Below, piece by piece: positions 12,843 to 24,290 of a DNA stretch of 64,000 bases. Source of the DNA: Macrostomum lignano (taxonomy: Eukaryota); the NCBI GenBank assembly GCA_002269645.1, contig NIVC01000029.1, forward strand, positions 1,116,001 to 1,180,000, in the 5' to 3' direction. How positions within the stretch are numbered: the first letter of the stretch is position 1; the number at the start of each line of letters is the position of its first letter. Below the pieces are notes generated by a model. It was not told the origin of the DNA. It saw only the letters and a list, made by a program, of their open reading frames with translations, and did not search any database. The position numbers and the translations under genes are program-made.

Positions 12843-12920
12843 GCCGCTTGTGCACCTTGAGTGAGCCTGTGCTTGCTTACCTCGTACTTATCCGCGTGCT
12901 TGTGCATATTCAGGCATAAA
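12843..12920 (+). mobile_element. Diverged fragment of the SINE-like family in the copy-1-specific caspase intron
   Basis: gcttgtgcaccttgagtgagcctgtgc..cgtacttatccgcgtgcttgtgcatattcagg aligns by eye to 16388-16461 (gctgtacaccctgtgtgagcgtgtgc..cgtactgtattggcgcgcttgcatgtgctcagg). Confidence 0.6.
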
Positions 12921-13982
12921 CGGAATGGGCATGACCCCTTGTCCTCGTTAGCTGTGACACGTGAAACGATATCAAATCTAATTGACAATGCTTCCGCTTA
13001 GTAGCATTTAAAAAATTCCGGTTTCTTAGAATGCGTTGAAACCATTCGCAGGCCAGGAGATCTTCTGGGAGTTGAGCAACTATGCTCGAGGCGACCACAG
13101 CCAATTTGGCACATTCGTCTGCTTCCTGATGGCCCACGGCACAAAGGGTGCGATCTACGGAAGCGACGGGCAGTACCAGTCGCTCAAGGAGCTGTTGTCC
13201 CTGTTCCAGCCGAGCAAGTGTCGGGGTCTGGAGCGCAAGCCGAAGATCTTCTTCACACAGGCTTGTCGAGGAGCCGACGGCGAGCACCTCGCCGAGCCCG
13301 CACCGGAGGTTCAGCACGATGGCAACGTACCAGTGAGGAATTCTCTCTACAGCCCGAACGAGAGCGACTTCCTCATCTGCTACGCCAACACGGAAGACTC
13401 GCCAGCTTACCGGGATCCCAACAACGGGTCAATATTTATTCAGACTCTATGCGACGTTATCGAAGAGCAATACGAAACTGAATTCCTCGAGGACATGATA
13501 CTGGAAGTGAACAATCGGGTCACTAATCGACCAATTCAAGGCGGAGATGGCAGCTTCTATCAGGCGGTGGTGGAAAAAACCGGTTGTTTATCAAAGAAGG
13601 TGTCGTTCAATCCGCACATGGCTTCGTGAAACAATTTTGATAGCCTCTCTAGCAAGGGACTAAACAGCTCATTTTAGAAAATTCGACCCGTCAAATGAGA
13701 CCCGTTTCACTTTAAAAAATCGCGAATTTTTTTGTCTGATGGTAATAAAACCTTACTTAATAGAGCGTAACAAGCTAAACTTTGCTAAATCCCTTTTGAC
13801 ATTTGGGTTTTTCCGGTCTTTAACTATGCTTTATGACAATTATTTGCACCGGTTTAGATTGTATTTTTACATTTATTGTCCATCGACTTCAACATGTATA
13901 TGATTTTCTGTCGGCGGTGGTTTGATAGCTCAATCGATTCAGCGGTGTTAAAGAGCTTAATTAACTGTTTTGTCTTGTACAC

Positions 13983-14627
13983 CAATGTGCGAGAGAAATG
14001 ATCGATTTTCCAGTCTACCCTTTCTAACCCAATTTTACTGACTGTTGCGCACACTAATGTGCGAGAAGAAGATGATCGATTTTCCTGTCTACCCTTTCTA
14101 ACCATACTTTATTGACTGTTGCGCACACCAATGTGCGAGAGCAATTATTGATTTTCCTGTCTACCCTTTCTAACCCTACTTTATTGACTGTTGCGCACAC
14201 CAATGCGCGAGAAGAATTATCGATTTTCCTGTCCACCCTTTCTAACCCTATTTGATTGACTGTTGCGCACACCAATGCGCGAGAAGAATTATCGATTTTC
14301 CAGTCTACCCTTTCTAACCCAATTTTACTGACTGTTGCGCACACTAATGTGCGAGAAGAAGATGATCGATTTTCCTGTCTACCCTTTCTAACCATACTTT
14401 ATTGACTGTTGCGCACACCAATGTGCGAGAGCAATTATTGATTTTCCTGTCTACCCTTTCTAACCATACTTTATTGACTGTTGCGCACACCAATGTGCGA
14501 GAGCAATTATTGATTTTCCTGTCTACCCTTTCTAACCCTACTTTATTGACTGTTGCGCACACCAATGCGCGAGAAGAATTATCGATTTTCCTGTCCACCC
14601 TTTCTAACCCTATTTGATTGACTGTTG
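13983..14627. repeat. ~72-75-bp minisatellite with a 290-bp higher-order duplication
   Basis: Unit actgttgcgcacaccaatgtgcgagag..ctaccctttctaacc; identical variant blocks start at 14054 and 14344. Confidence 0.93.
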
Positions 14628-15139
14628 TGTTTTTCATTATTTTACGCGAGGAATTATCGGTTTATCGACTCTATACCGCCCCTCCCAAACACCCACCCCT
14701 CCATTTCCCTAACTACTAGCCCAGTGTGACTGATTTTGACTACATGGACATCCTAACGAAACATCCTTCTCCTTCGCCCTTCTCTGTTATAGCTTGCATT
14801 ATTTGCACCTAAGTCATCAACATAATTTGAATGCAAAATCAGCCCTTTTAGTTGCTGTCTTGCCAAGCACTTAATACCTGTTGTCATTTGCGAAACTTTT
14901 GAAGTTATTTGTCCTCACTTAGAATTAAGCCTTTTTACCGTCTTTCTGTACTTCTTTCTCTGTAGCAATCAAACAGTTTTTTGTCTCGCCCTGTTGAGCT
15001 GCTTTTGATTTTCATTTTGTTATATTAAGACTCTGCTTCATTTCAGATTTGGTCCTCAGAATCAGACAATAAATTAAGCTTGATTACTCCATTTTTATTA
15101 AATCATTGATTTTTCTAGCTAACAGCTTTTCAGACGAAC

Positions 15140-15752
15140 TGGCGTTCTTCAAGTGAAATGGCGCCTTTCCAAGGGAAATGGCGCCTCTCTAAATTAAACA
15201 GTGCCCGTTTGAAGAAAATTGCGTCTCTTCCAATGAAATGGCCCCTGTCTAAATAAAATAACGCTTTATCAAAAGAAACAGCGCCTCTTCAAATGAAATG
15301 GCGCCTCTTCAAATGAAACGGCGCCTCTTCAAATGAAATGGCGCCTTTTTGAAAAAACTGGTACCTCTTTAAATGAAATGGCGCCTCCTAAAATGAAATG
15401 GCGCCTCTTCAAATGAAATAGCGGTTCTTCAAATTAAATGGCGTTTCCTTCAAATGAAATGGCGCTATTTTAAATGAAATGGCGCTTTTTTAAATGAAAT
15501 GGCGCTTTCTTCAAATGAAATGGCGCTTCTTCAAATGAAATGGCGCTTCTTAAAATGAAATGGCGCTTTTTCAAATGAAATGGCGCTTTTTTAAATGAAA
15601 TGGCGCTTTTTTGAATGAAATGGCGCTTTTTTAAATGAAATGGCGCTTCCTTCAAATGAAATGGCGCTTCTTCAAATGAAATGGCGCTTCTTCAAATGAA
15701 ATGGCGCCTCTCTAAATGAAATGGAGCCTCTTCAAATGAAATGGCGCCTCTT
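15140..15752. repeat. ~19-bp minisatellite (ttcaaatgaaatggcgcctc-like)
   Basis: About 30 degenerate copies upstream of ANK-caspase copy 2. Confidence 0.93.
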
Positions 15753-16172
15753 TAAGTGATCTTGAATGTACCGGATATCCGCTTTGCTGTCTGTCGGGTG
15801 GTCAGTTTTTTCACGGTAGCTTGTAGAAATTAAATGGCGGACGTTAGCGCGACTTAATGACAAAATTCATGAATTCCTTGAGCTGTTTTACGGGGCCCTA
15901 CGAGCTCTGCGATGCACAATGGCACAGCCAAGAGATACACTTTCTATCTCTATCTCTACCTTGGAGCATTTCAAAGGCATAATTGTAAGCTGGCCAGTGT
16001 ACGCGTGGGCCTGTGGTTTCAGCTTGACAGAGTTTTGAAGAGCCATGCTTTCTTCTGTTACACTGGCTGCTTGAATACGAGAATTATTTAAATAGATGAA
16101 TTCTAAAAAACTCAGTAAAGTTTTTTTATCTGACTAACGCTCAAGAATAGGTAAGTTTTATCTGGTCAAGAC

Positions 16173-19100
16173 ATGGACTCAATGACGGTGAGTTTCAGAT
16201 TGTAAATCAGTTGTATTTGATTTGAACTTTATCGACTGAAGCTTAAAATTACTATACTAACGTCTACCATCTACCTATCTGTAATCTTTTTGATTACTCA
16301 TCTACTCAAATGCCTACTTGAATATATCTGGCTGCCAATAGCGTACAGTGAGTGTACATGACTGACGATTAGAAAGTCATCAGGGCAGCTGTACACCCTG
16401 TGTGAGCGTGTGCATGAGTGCATGCCTGCGTACTGTATTGGCGCGCTTGCATGTGCTCAGGAGTCGGCAGAATGGGCAGCATTGCCGTCAGCTCTGATTG
16501 TAGGACGATCTCATAAACAATAAACCATCTACCTCACTACCAATTTACGACGTTACCCAGCCACCAGACCAGCAAACATTTAACAAAGCTAATTACACGC
16601 AAACTATATTATTGTTAAAATCTAAACAGCCCGCTGACAGGCTCAGCAACCTGGCTCTCATGGGCGACATTCGTCGACTACAACTGCTGGCCAACAGAGG
16701 CAATGTGAACAGGCGCGACCGGTGGGGCCAGACCCCGCTGCTGCGGGCTGCCTGGGGCGGCGAATCCGGACCGAACCCCGGTCACAAGGACTGCGCCAGC
16801 CTGCTGCTCAAGCTCGGCGCCGACGCCAACGTCAAAGACCCCGACGGAGTGTCGGCGTTGCACTGGTCGGCCGAGTCCGACAACCTGCCGGTGCTGAAGC
16901 TGCTGGCTGACGCCGGGGCCCGGCTGGACGCCACTGACAAGCGCGGACTGACGCCGCTGATGTTGGCGAGCTGGCGGGGACACCTGCGGTCGGCCAGGGA
17001 GCTGCTGCGGCTCGGCTGCGATCCCGGCGTCGAGGATAAGGACGGCGACACGGCGGCGTCGCTGGCTGAGATGTACGAGCACGGCGATGTTGTGCGACTG
17101 CTGGCTGACTGGTGAGCTCGAGAGGGAGTTCAGAGAGGGCTAACAGACATAGGGGAGAGGTGAGGGAGATACATGTATGGTAAATAGGGAGACAAGAGAG
17201 GGGAGACAAGAGAGGGAGACATGAGATGGGGGGCAAGAGAGGGGAGATATGAGAGGGAGACATGAGATGGGAGATAAGAGAGGGAGATAAGAGAGGGAGA
17301 CAAGAGAGGGGAGATAAGAGAGGGAGATAAGAGAGGGAGACATGAGATGGGAGATAAGAGAGGGAGATAAGAGATGGGAGATAAGAGAGGGAGATAAGAG
17401 AGGGAGACAAGAGAGGGGAGATAAGAGAGGGAGATAAGAGAGGGAGACATGAGATGGGAGATAAGAGAGGGAGATAAGAGAGGGAGACATGAGATGGGAG
17501 ATAAGAGAGGGAGACATGAGATGGGAGATAAGAGAGGGAGATAAGAGAGGGAGACAAGAGAGGGGAGATAAGAGAGGGAGATAAGAGAGGGAGACATGAG
17601 ATGGGAGATAAGAGAGGGAGATAAGAGAGGGAGACAAGAGAGGGGAGATAAGAGAGGGAGACAGGAGAGCGGAGACAAGAAACTTCAACTTTAATCTCCA
17701 TTGAAACGCAGGAATTCTCAACAGACAGGAAGAGACTGGTACAGTGAGGACCAGTAAGTTTTAAAATTTAAATCAAAATGCTACTTTAATGCTACTAAAC
17801 GATCAAAAGGTTTTACCTGTTTGCGCAACTTTTTGCCCTCGTATAACAATAGCGTCGATACTGACGATGACCTAGTAGAAGAAGAAGACCACAGTGAGAG
17901 CAATCGATCCAGAGCCAGCAGTGCCAAAAGAAACTTCGTGAGACAAAAATCAGCGGCACCTGTGGGGTGAGCAGTTGACCTCAATAATTTTTAATGTATA
18001 AAAACGTTCTATTGTTTATTTCTCAGCTATCCTTTGTCCATTTTTTTAAATCTATAGAACTTTGAAGCGACCCGAAATGTACCGGTCGTCAACCAGTTTT
18101 ATGAATCGGTCACTTCCAGTGTAAGTGCAACAGTTTGCTTGTAAAGTGATTCTGGTTTTTATTATTGACTCACCTGAAGCCAGTTTGACTCACCTGAACC
18201 CAGTTTGACTCACCTGAAGCCAGTTTGACTCACCTGAACCCAGTTTGACTCACCTGAAGCCAGTTTGACTCACCTGAACCCAGTTTGACTCACCTGAAGC
18301 GAGTTTGACTCACCTGAAGCCAGTTTGACTCACTTGAACCCAGTTTGACTCACCTGAATCCAGTTTGACTCATCTGAACCCAGTTTTACTCACCTGAACC
18401 CAGTCTGACTCACCTGAACCCAGTTTGACTCACCTGAACCCAGTTTGACTCACCTGAACCCAGTCTGACTCACCTGAAGCCAGTTTGACTCACCTGAACC
18501 CAGTTTGACTCACCTGAAGCCAGTTTGACCCACCTGAACCTAGACTGACTCACCTGAACTTTCAGTGGCAGATCTTTCCGCCACTACCCGGTCAAAGATC
18601 CGCAAGGTCACTGCCTGATAATCAGCATCGAGCACTACGATCCGGGATCGCATTTCACCAACCGCACCGGTTCGGAACTCGATGTGGAGCGAGTCGAATC
18701 GCTCTTCGCTTCGTTGCACTTCAAAGTGACGGTGAAACGCGACTTGACTGCTCCGCAAATTTTCCATGAGATGTCGCGCATCGCCAAGTTTGATCATTCG
18801 GACTACGGGACCTTTATCTGCTTCCTGATGGCTCACGGCACGAAGGGCGCCATCTACGGTCGAGATGGTCAGTTCCATCAGATCAAGGATCTGATCTCAC
18901 TGTTCAAGCCAAACATCTGCAAAGGCTTGGACGGCAAGCCGAAGTTGTTCTTCATACAAGCCTGTCGCGGTAACGTCGAGCAGGTTGCTCAGCCAACGAT
19001 GGAGTCGCGACGACTGCAACCTGCCAAAAAGGCGACCGAGTTTGAGACGGACGGCGAGGTGCCGGTCAAGAACGCAAACTTTGTGCCCAACGAAAGCGAC

Positions 19101-19364
19101 TTTCTGATCTGCTTTGCCAACACGGAAGATTCGCCGGCTTACAGGCACCCAGACGAAGGCTCGGTGTTCATTCAGACTCTGTGCGACGTCATTGGCGATC
19201 AGTACGAAACCGAGGATCTGGAGGGCATGGTGCTGGACGTAAATCGCATTATTTGCGGGAAGAAAATTCCCGGACAGAGAAGGAACGTGTTCTATCATTC
19301 GGTGGTTGACAAGCAAGGAAGACTTACTAAACGAGTGTCACTCAATCCGAATGATGCCAAATAG
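16173..19364 (+). CDS. Ankyrin-repeat caspase copy 2, intact, 466 aa; exons 16173-16187, 16630-17111, 17712-17753, 18058-18120, 18566-19364
   Basis: MDSMT|PADRLSNLALMGD.. about 4 ANK repeats..LADW|NSQQ..|..|GRSFRHYPVKDPQGHCLIISIEHY..NRTGSELD..FLMAHG..QACRG..FETDG..AYRHPDEGSVFIQ..*. Exon lengths sum to 1401 nt (467 codons) with no internal stop. The His/Cys dyad and both S1 Arg residues are present. Confidence 0.88.
16345..16475 (+). mobile_element. SINE-like family copy B (core and 3' part) in intron 1 of ANK-caspase 2
   Basis: gagtgtacatgactgacgattagaaagtcatcagggcagctgtacaccctgtgtgagcg..gcatgtgctcaggag matches the reverse complements of 43540-43660 and 57790-57870. Confidence 0.7.
17186..17675. 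repeat. GA-rich minisatellite after the ANK exon of copy 2
   Basis: Mixed gagagggagataa / gagaggggagacaa / gagatgggagataa units, related to the array at 11165-11535. Confidence 0.95.
18167..18560. repeat. 20-bp tandem repeat (gactcacctgaa(c/g)ccagttt)
   Basis: About 19 copies running into the acceptor at 18565. Confidence 0.96.
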
Positions 19365-19741
19365 AGAACTCAATGATCACAGGTGCTGGTTGGACGTAAA
19401 AGAAGTTCCCCTGAAGATTAGAAGCAAACAAAAGTACTGCGCACTTTCTAAATATCGGATTGATCCGTTTTTCATAGAGTACGTAGCATCAAAAGGAGGT
19501 TTTTACCATAGACTTTTAACCACATTATTTATTGTTTATTTATTCACTCATGTATTTATTGTTTTAAATAATTATGGAGTTTTGCTATATACTAATTAAA
19601 TCGAGAAAAAACTTAAAAGAGACAGGAACAACAGAAATTTTGCAAGAAATTTGCCTGCTGCAATTTCCGGTACCATTGCGTGAAGAAAATAGTTGTTAAA
19701 CTTCGACCAAGCACATTTGGTTCATTCGGAACTCGGAAGCA

Positions 19742-20227
19742 AGGACCACTGTAGTATAACAAACAGCACGTAAAACTCAGAGATCGTGTATTTTTAGAGG
19801 CCAATTTCCCGGGGGGAAATCACTTGCGGGGATAAGAAAAAAATCGTTTAAAAGACAACTAGAGTATCGCCTGTCTTTTAAACGAAAATATTTTGTGAAT
19901 GTTTTTTCTTCACAAAATCAATAATCGTATTCGATCTGGGACGGTGAAGATTACCATTTCTTTAATTTAGCATGCAAAGCATGTTACTCTATTATATTTT
20001 ATATTTTTATGTAGTGAAAGAAGCAAAAATAGAAATTTCACTTATGAGTATTTAGAACTTTGGCTTGGGCTTATATGAAAGGGCTTTACAAAATATTGCT
20101 AAATTTAAATATGCATGCTTTGAAAAATTTTTTTTTTTCATCTCCGCAGTGCTTTTCTTCTAGGAAACTGGCGTCTAAAAAATATACGATCTATGAATTT
20201 CACGTTCTGTTATACTACAGTGGTCCT
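19742..20227. mobile_element. Fold-back/MITE-like inverted repeat with ~60-bp arms
   Basis: 19742-19803 (aggaccactgtagtataac..agatcgtgtatttttagaggcca) is the imperfect reverse complement of 20169-20227 (tggcgtctaaaaaatatacgatct..gttatactacagtggtcct). Confidence 0.6.
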
Positions 20228-20747
20228 AGTCAGGAAGTGAAAAAATATTAAAAATATTTAATAAAATATCTGTTTTTCTGTTGTTTTTTTTTCTTTTAAT
20301 TCATGCCCAGTGCCAAGAGCGAATTCTTTAATTTATATTCCTCAGTCAGCTATATTTAAGCAGCCTTTTTAAATTTAAAAATGCTCCTGATAATTTTGTC
20401 TGCCATGACTCTTACGTCTTACTACTTAGTATTAGTATCGCCTGTCTTTTAAACGATACTTAGCTATACAATGCGTTGAGTGTTTATCCTAGAAATGCTC
20501 GCCTACGCTAGTTTTGATAGAGTTTTTGTTTTTATGACAAGCTATTAAATACTCGTACAAAGTCAATCCAAAACGTCCGTATTTTTTAATACAAATTCCT
20601 TTGATCTTGAAAATGAGCTGAGAGTACATTCCAGGCTGAGAGTTGAAAGTCAAACAGAACAAACTTTAGCCAAGGACCACTAGAAATAAATAAGTCCTTT
20701 ACTTTATAAACAGTCTCCCAGTCATTAATCGGCTTTATAAAGTGACC

Positions 20748-20922
20748 TTCAGCTAATGACCTTCAGCTAGTGACCTTCAGCTAGTGACCTTCAGCTAGCA
20801 ACCTTCAGCTAGCAACCCTCAGCTAGCAACCCTCAGCTAGCAACCTTCAGCTAGCATCCTTCAGCTAGCAACCTTCAGCTAGCATCCTTCAGCTTGCAAC
20901 CTTCAGCTAGCAACCCTCAGCA
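20748..20922. repeat. 14-bp tandem repeat (ccttcagctagcaa)
   Basis: About 12 copies. Confidence 0.92.
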
Positions 20923-21473
20923 AACTTCCCACAGCACTCAGAAGAGCAAAAAGGACCCAACTTTGGGACAGCATCGATGCAGTTGGCTCAGCCTCCACAA
21001 CTTTTCTTCCAATATCGAGTCGACTCGACTTACTTAAACCCAGCCGCAAGGATCCATGCAGCCTTTTCCCTAGTCCGGCACCCCTGCCTTACCCTGCCGG
21101 CCCCTGCTGCTGGTGGGAAAGCGAAATGCTCAAGCCTTTCTCCTCCTACCCCCTGCCCGCGTGCGACTGACTCTGGCGACTCCCCCTCTAGCCTGCCTCA
21201 TCCGGCCTCAAAGGCAGCGCGCCGTTTTCTCCTCTTTCCTCCCCTTTTTTGGTCCCCTCCTCTTTTTCTCTCAGCCCCTGTTCCCCTTTCCCCGCCTTCT
21301 AACCGGCGAGAGGGGGTTCGCGCTGAGAAATAATGGAGGTAGGGCGAGGACGACTCTGCCACCCCCTAACCAACAGAGAGAGGAAAACGAGTGTGAGGAG
21401 CCTTGGGTAATCCGTGTGGGGTCAGAGGCGGCCGCGATCCCTTCCTGCCTTTGTTTGGCTTTCTTGCCGTTTG

Positions 21474-22921
<1,448 letters not shown>

Positions 22922-24112
22922 GACACGTGTCACACATAATTTTATATCTGGCGTTAATTGTATTATTCTCCTAAACACCTGACACGTTTTGCCAGCTTTA
23001 ACACAACTCACTACACACCTGACACTTTTCAACTCCCAATACAGACAAGAGGATGTCGTATTGTAGCTCATGTAGGAGTTTGTATGCAAAAATCGAGTAT
23101 GGGAGAGGCGATGTCAAGAGGAATATGGGGGGGGGGCAGTTTCGTTAGTTTACTAAGTTTGGAAGATTGAGAGGCCAGAGAAGAGGGTGCGCCTCCCCGC
23201 TGGTAATTCAGCCTCTCCATCAGGCGACTCCAGTCCAGAAGAGATGGGACGGTGGTAGCGTAGACCGGGGATACAAAAAAGTGGGAGTCAGCCACAGAGC
23301 CAGCCGAGATTTCAGGGAGATGGGGACAGCCAAGAAGAGAGGTGGGTGGAGCTGCAGGCCCCGGGTGCCTCGGCGATAGGGACGCGGGGGCCGCCTAGCT
23401 AGTAGCTAGGGGGGGGGGGGGGGTTCGGAGTTGCCCGTGTGTCCCTCCGATGGTTCCTATGCCTCTACTTCCCCTTCAAACCCTTCATTCTCTCTCTCTT
23501 TAGCCGTGCCGTGGGAGAGGAGGCATGAGTAGGGGGGATCGTGTGTGTGTGTCGATGAGGATTTAGGCGACATTGGGAGTCGGCAGCCAGAGAAAGAGAG
23601 AGAGAAAGAGGAAGTAAGGGCAGCCCAAGGCGCCCCCAGCCGCGGCCTGCCTTCAGCAATAGTATTGTGGGTGGGACCAACTGGCCCCCTGAGCGCCTCT
23701 TCCTCTCTTACCCCCCTCCCCTCTGGAGTGTCGGGCAGGCTTGCGGATAGAATGAGGGGGTGCGTAGCCCTGCCAGCGAGGTAGCGAGGCGGGAGAGGCA
23801 GGGGGTAGTTAGGGGAGAGGGAGCGACACACTCGAGAGCGAATCCGGGGTGCCCCCCGCCAGAGGCAGGAGGGTCTGCGGGAGGGGCTGGGGAGAGACGC
23901 AAGAAAAAGCGACCGACAGAGGCGGGACGCGCGGGGCTGGGAGAAAGGAGGGGCGCCACCCTAACCGGCTGGGCCTCCCTCTCCCACTCTCTGCACCCCC
24001 CCCCTCCAACTGGCTCCAAATCCCTTCTGCCCCTCCCCTTTACTGTAGCTGCTGCTCCTCATTTTTCCAGGCAAACGCCAGAGCGCATCGGCCCACCAGC
24101 CCTAGGACCGCG

Positions 24113-24250
24113 CTGAGGGGTAGCTATATAACATTAAGACAGGCCCTTCTAGCCCGCTGAGGGGTAGCTATATAACATTAAGACAGGCCCTTCTAGCCCG
24201 CTGAGGGGTAGCTATATAACATTAAGACAGGCCCTTCTAGCCCGCTGAGG
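24113..24250 (+). promoter_or_regulatory. 44-bp unit triplicated, each with TATATAA (24125, 24169, 24213); candidate promoter of the NOL4-like gene
   Basis: Three copies of gctgaggggtagctatataacattaagacaggcccttctagccc lie just upstream of ATG 24291, which is in good ACCATG context. Confidence 0.45.
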
Positions 24251-24290
24251 AATTTCTTCTTGTTGCAAAGAATCGCCGACCGAGTCAACC

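Larger units (their letters stand above)
10636..13629 (+). pseudogene. Ankyrin-repeat caspase copy 1 with an in-frame TAA at 10678-10680; exons 10624/10636-11105, 11857-11922, 12030-12110, 12207-12254, 12528-12712, 13052-13629
   Basis: ANK repeats (GQTPLLRAA, SALHWSA, GLTPLMLAS, GDTAASLA) splice in frame to caspase p20/p10 (GHCVVVNIENY..RREGSNLD, FLMAHG, QACRG, SPAYRDPNNGSIFIQ). All junctions are phase-consistent and the only lesion is one stop at codon 15. Pseudogene status is uncertain. Confidence 0.75.
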
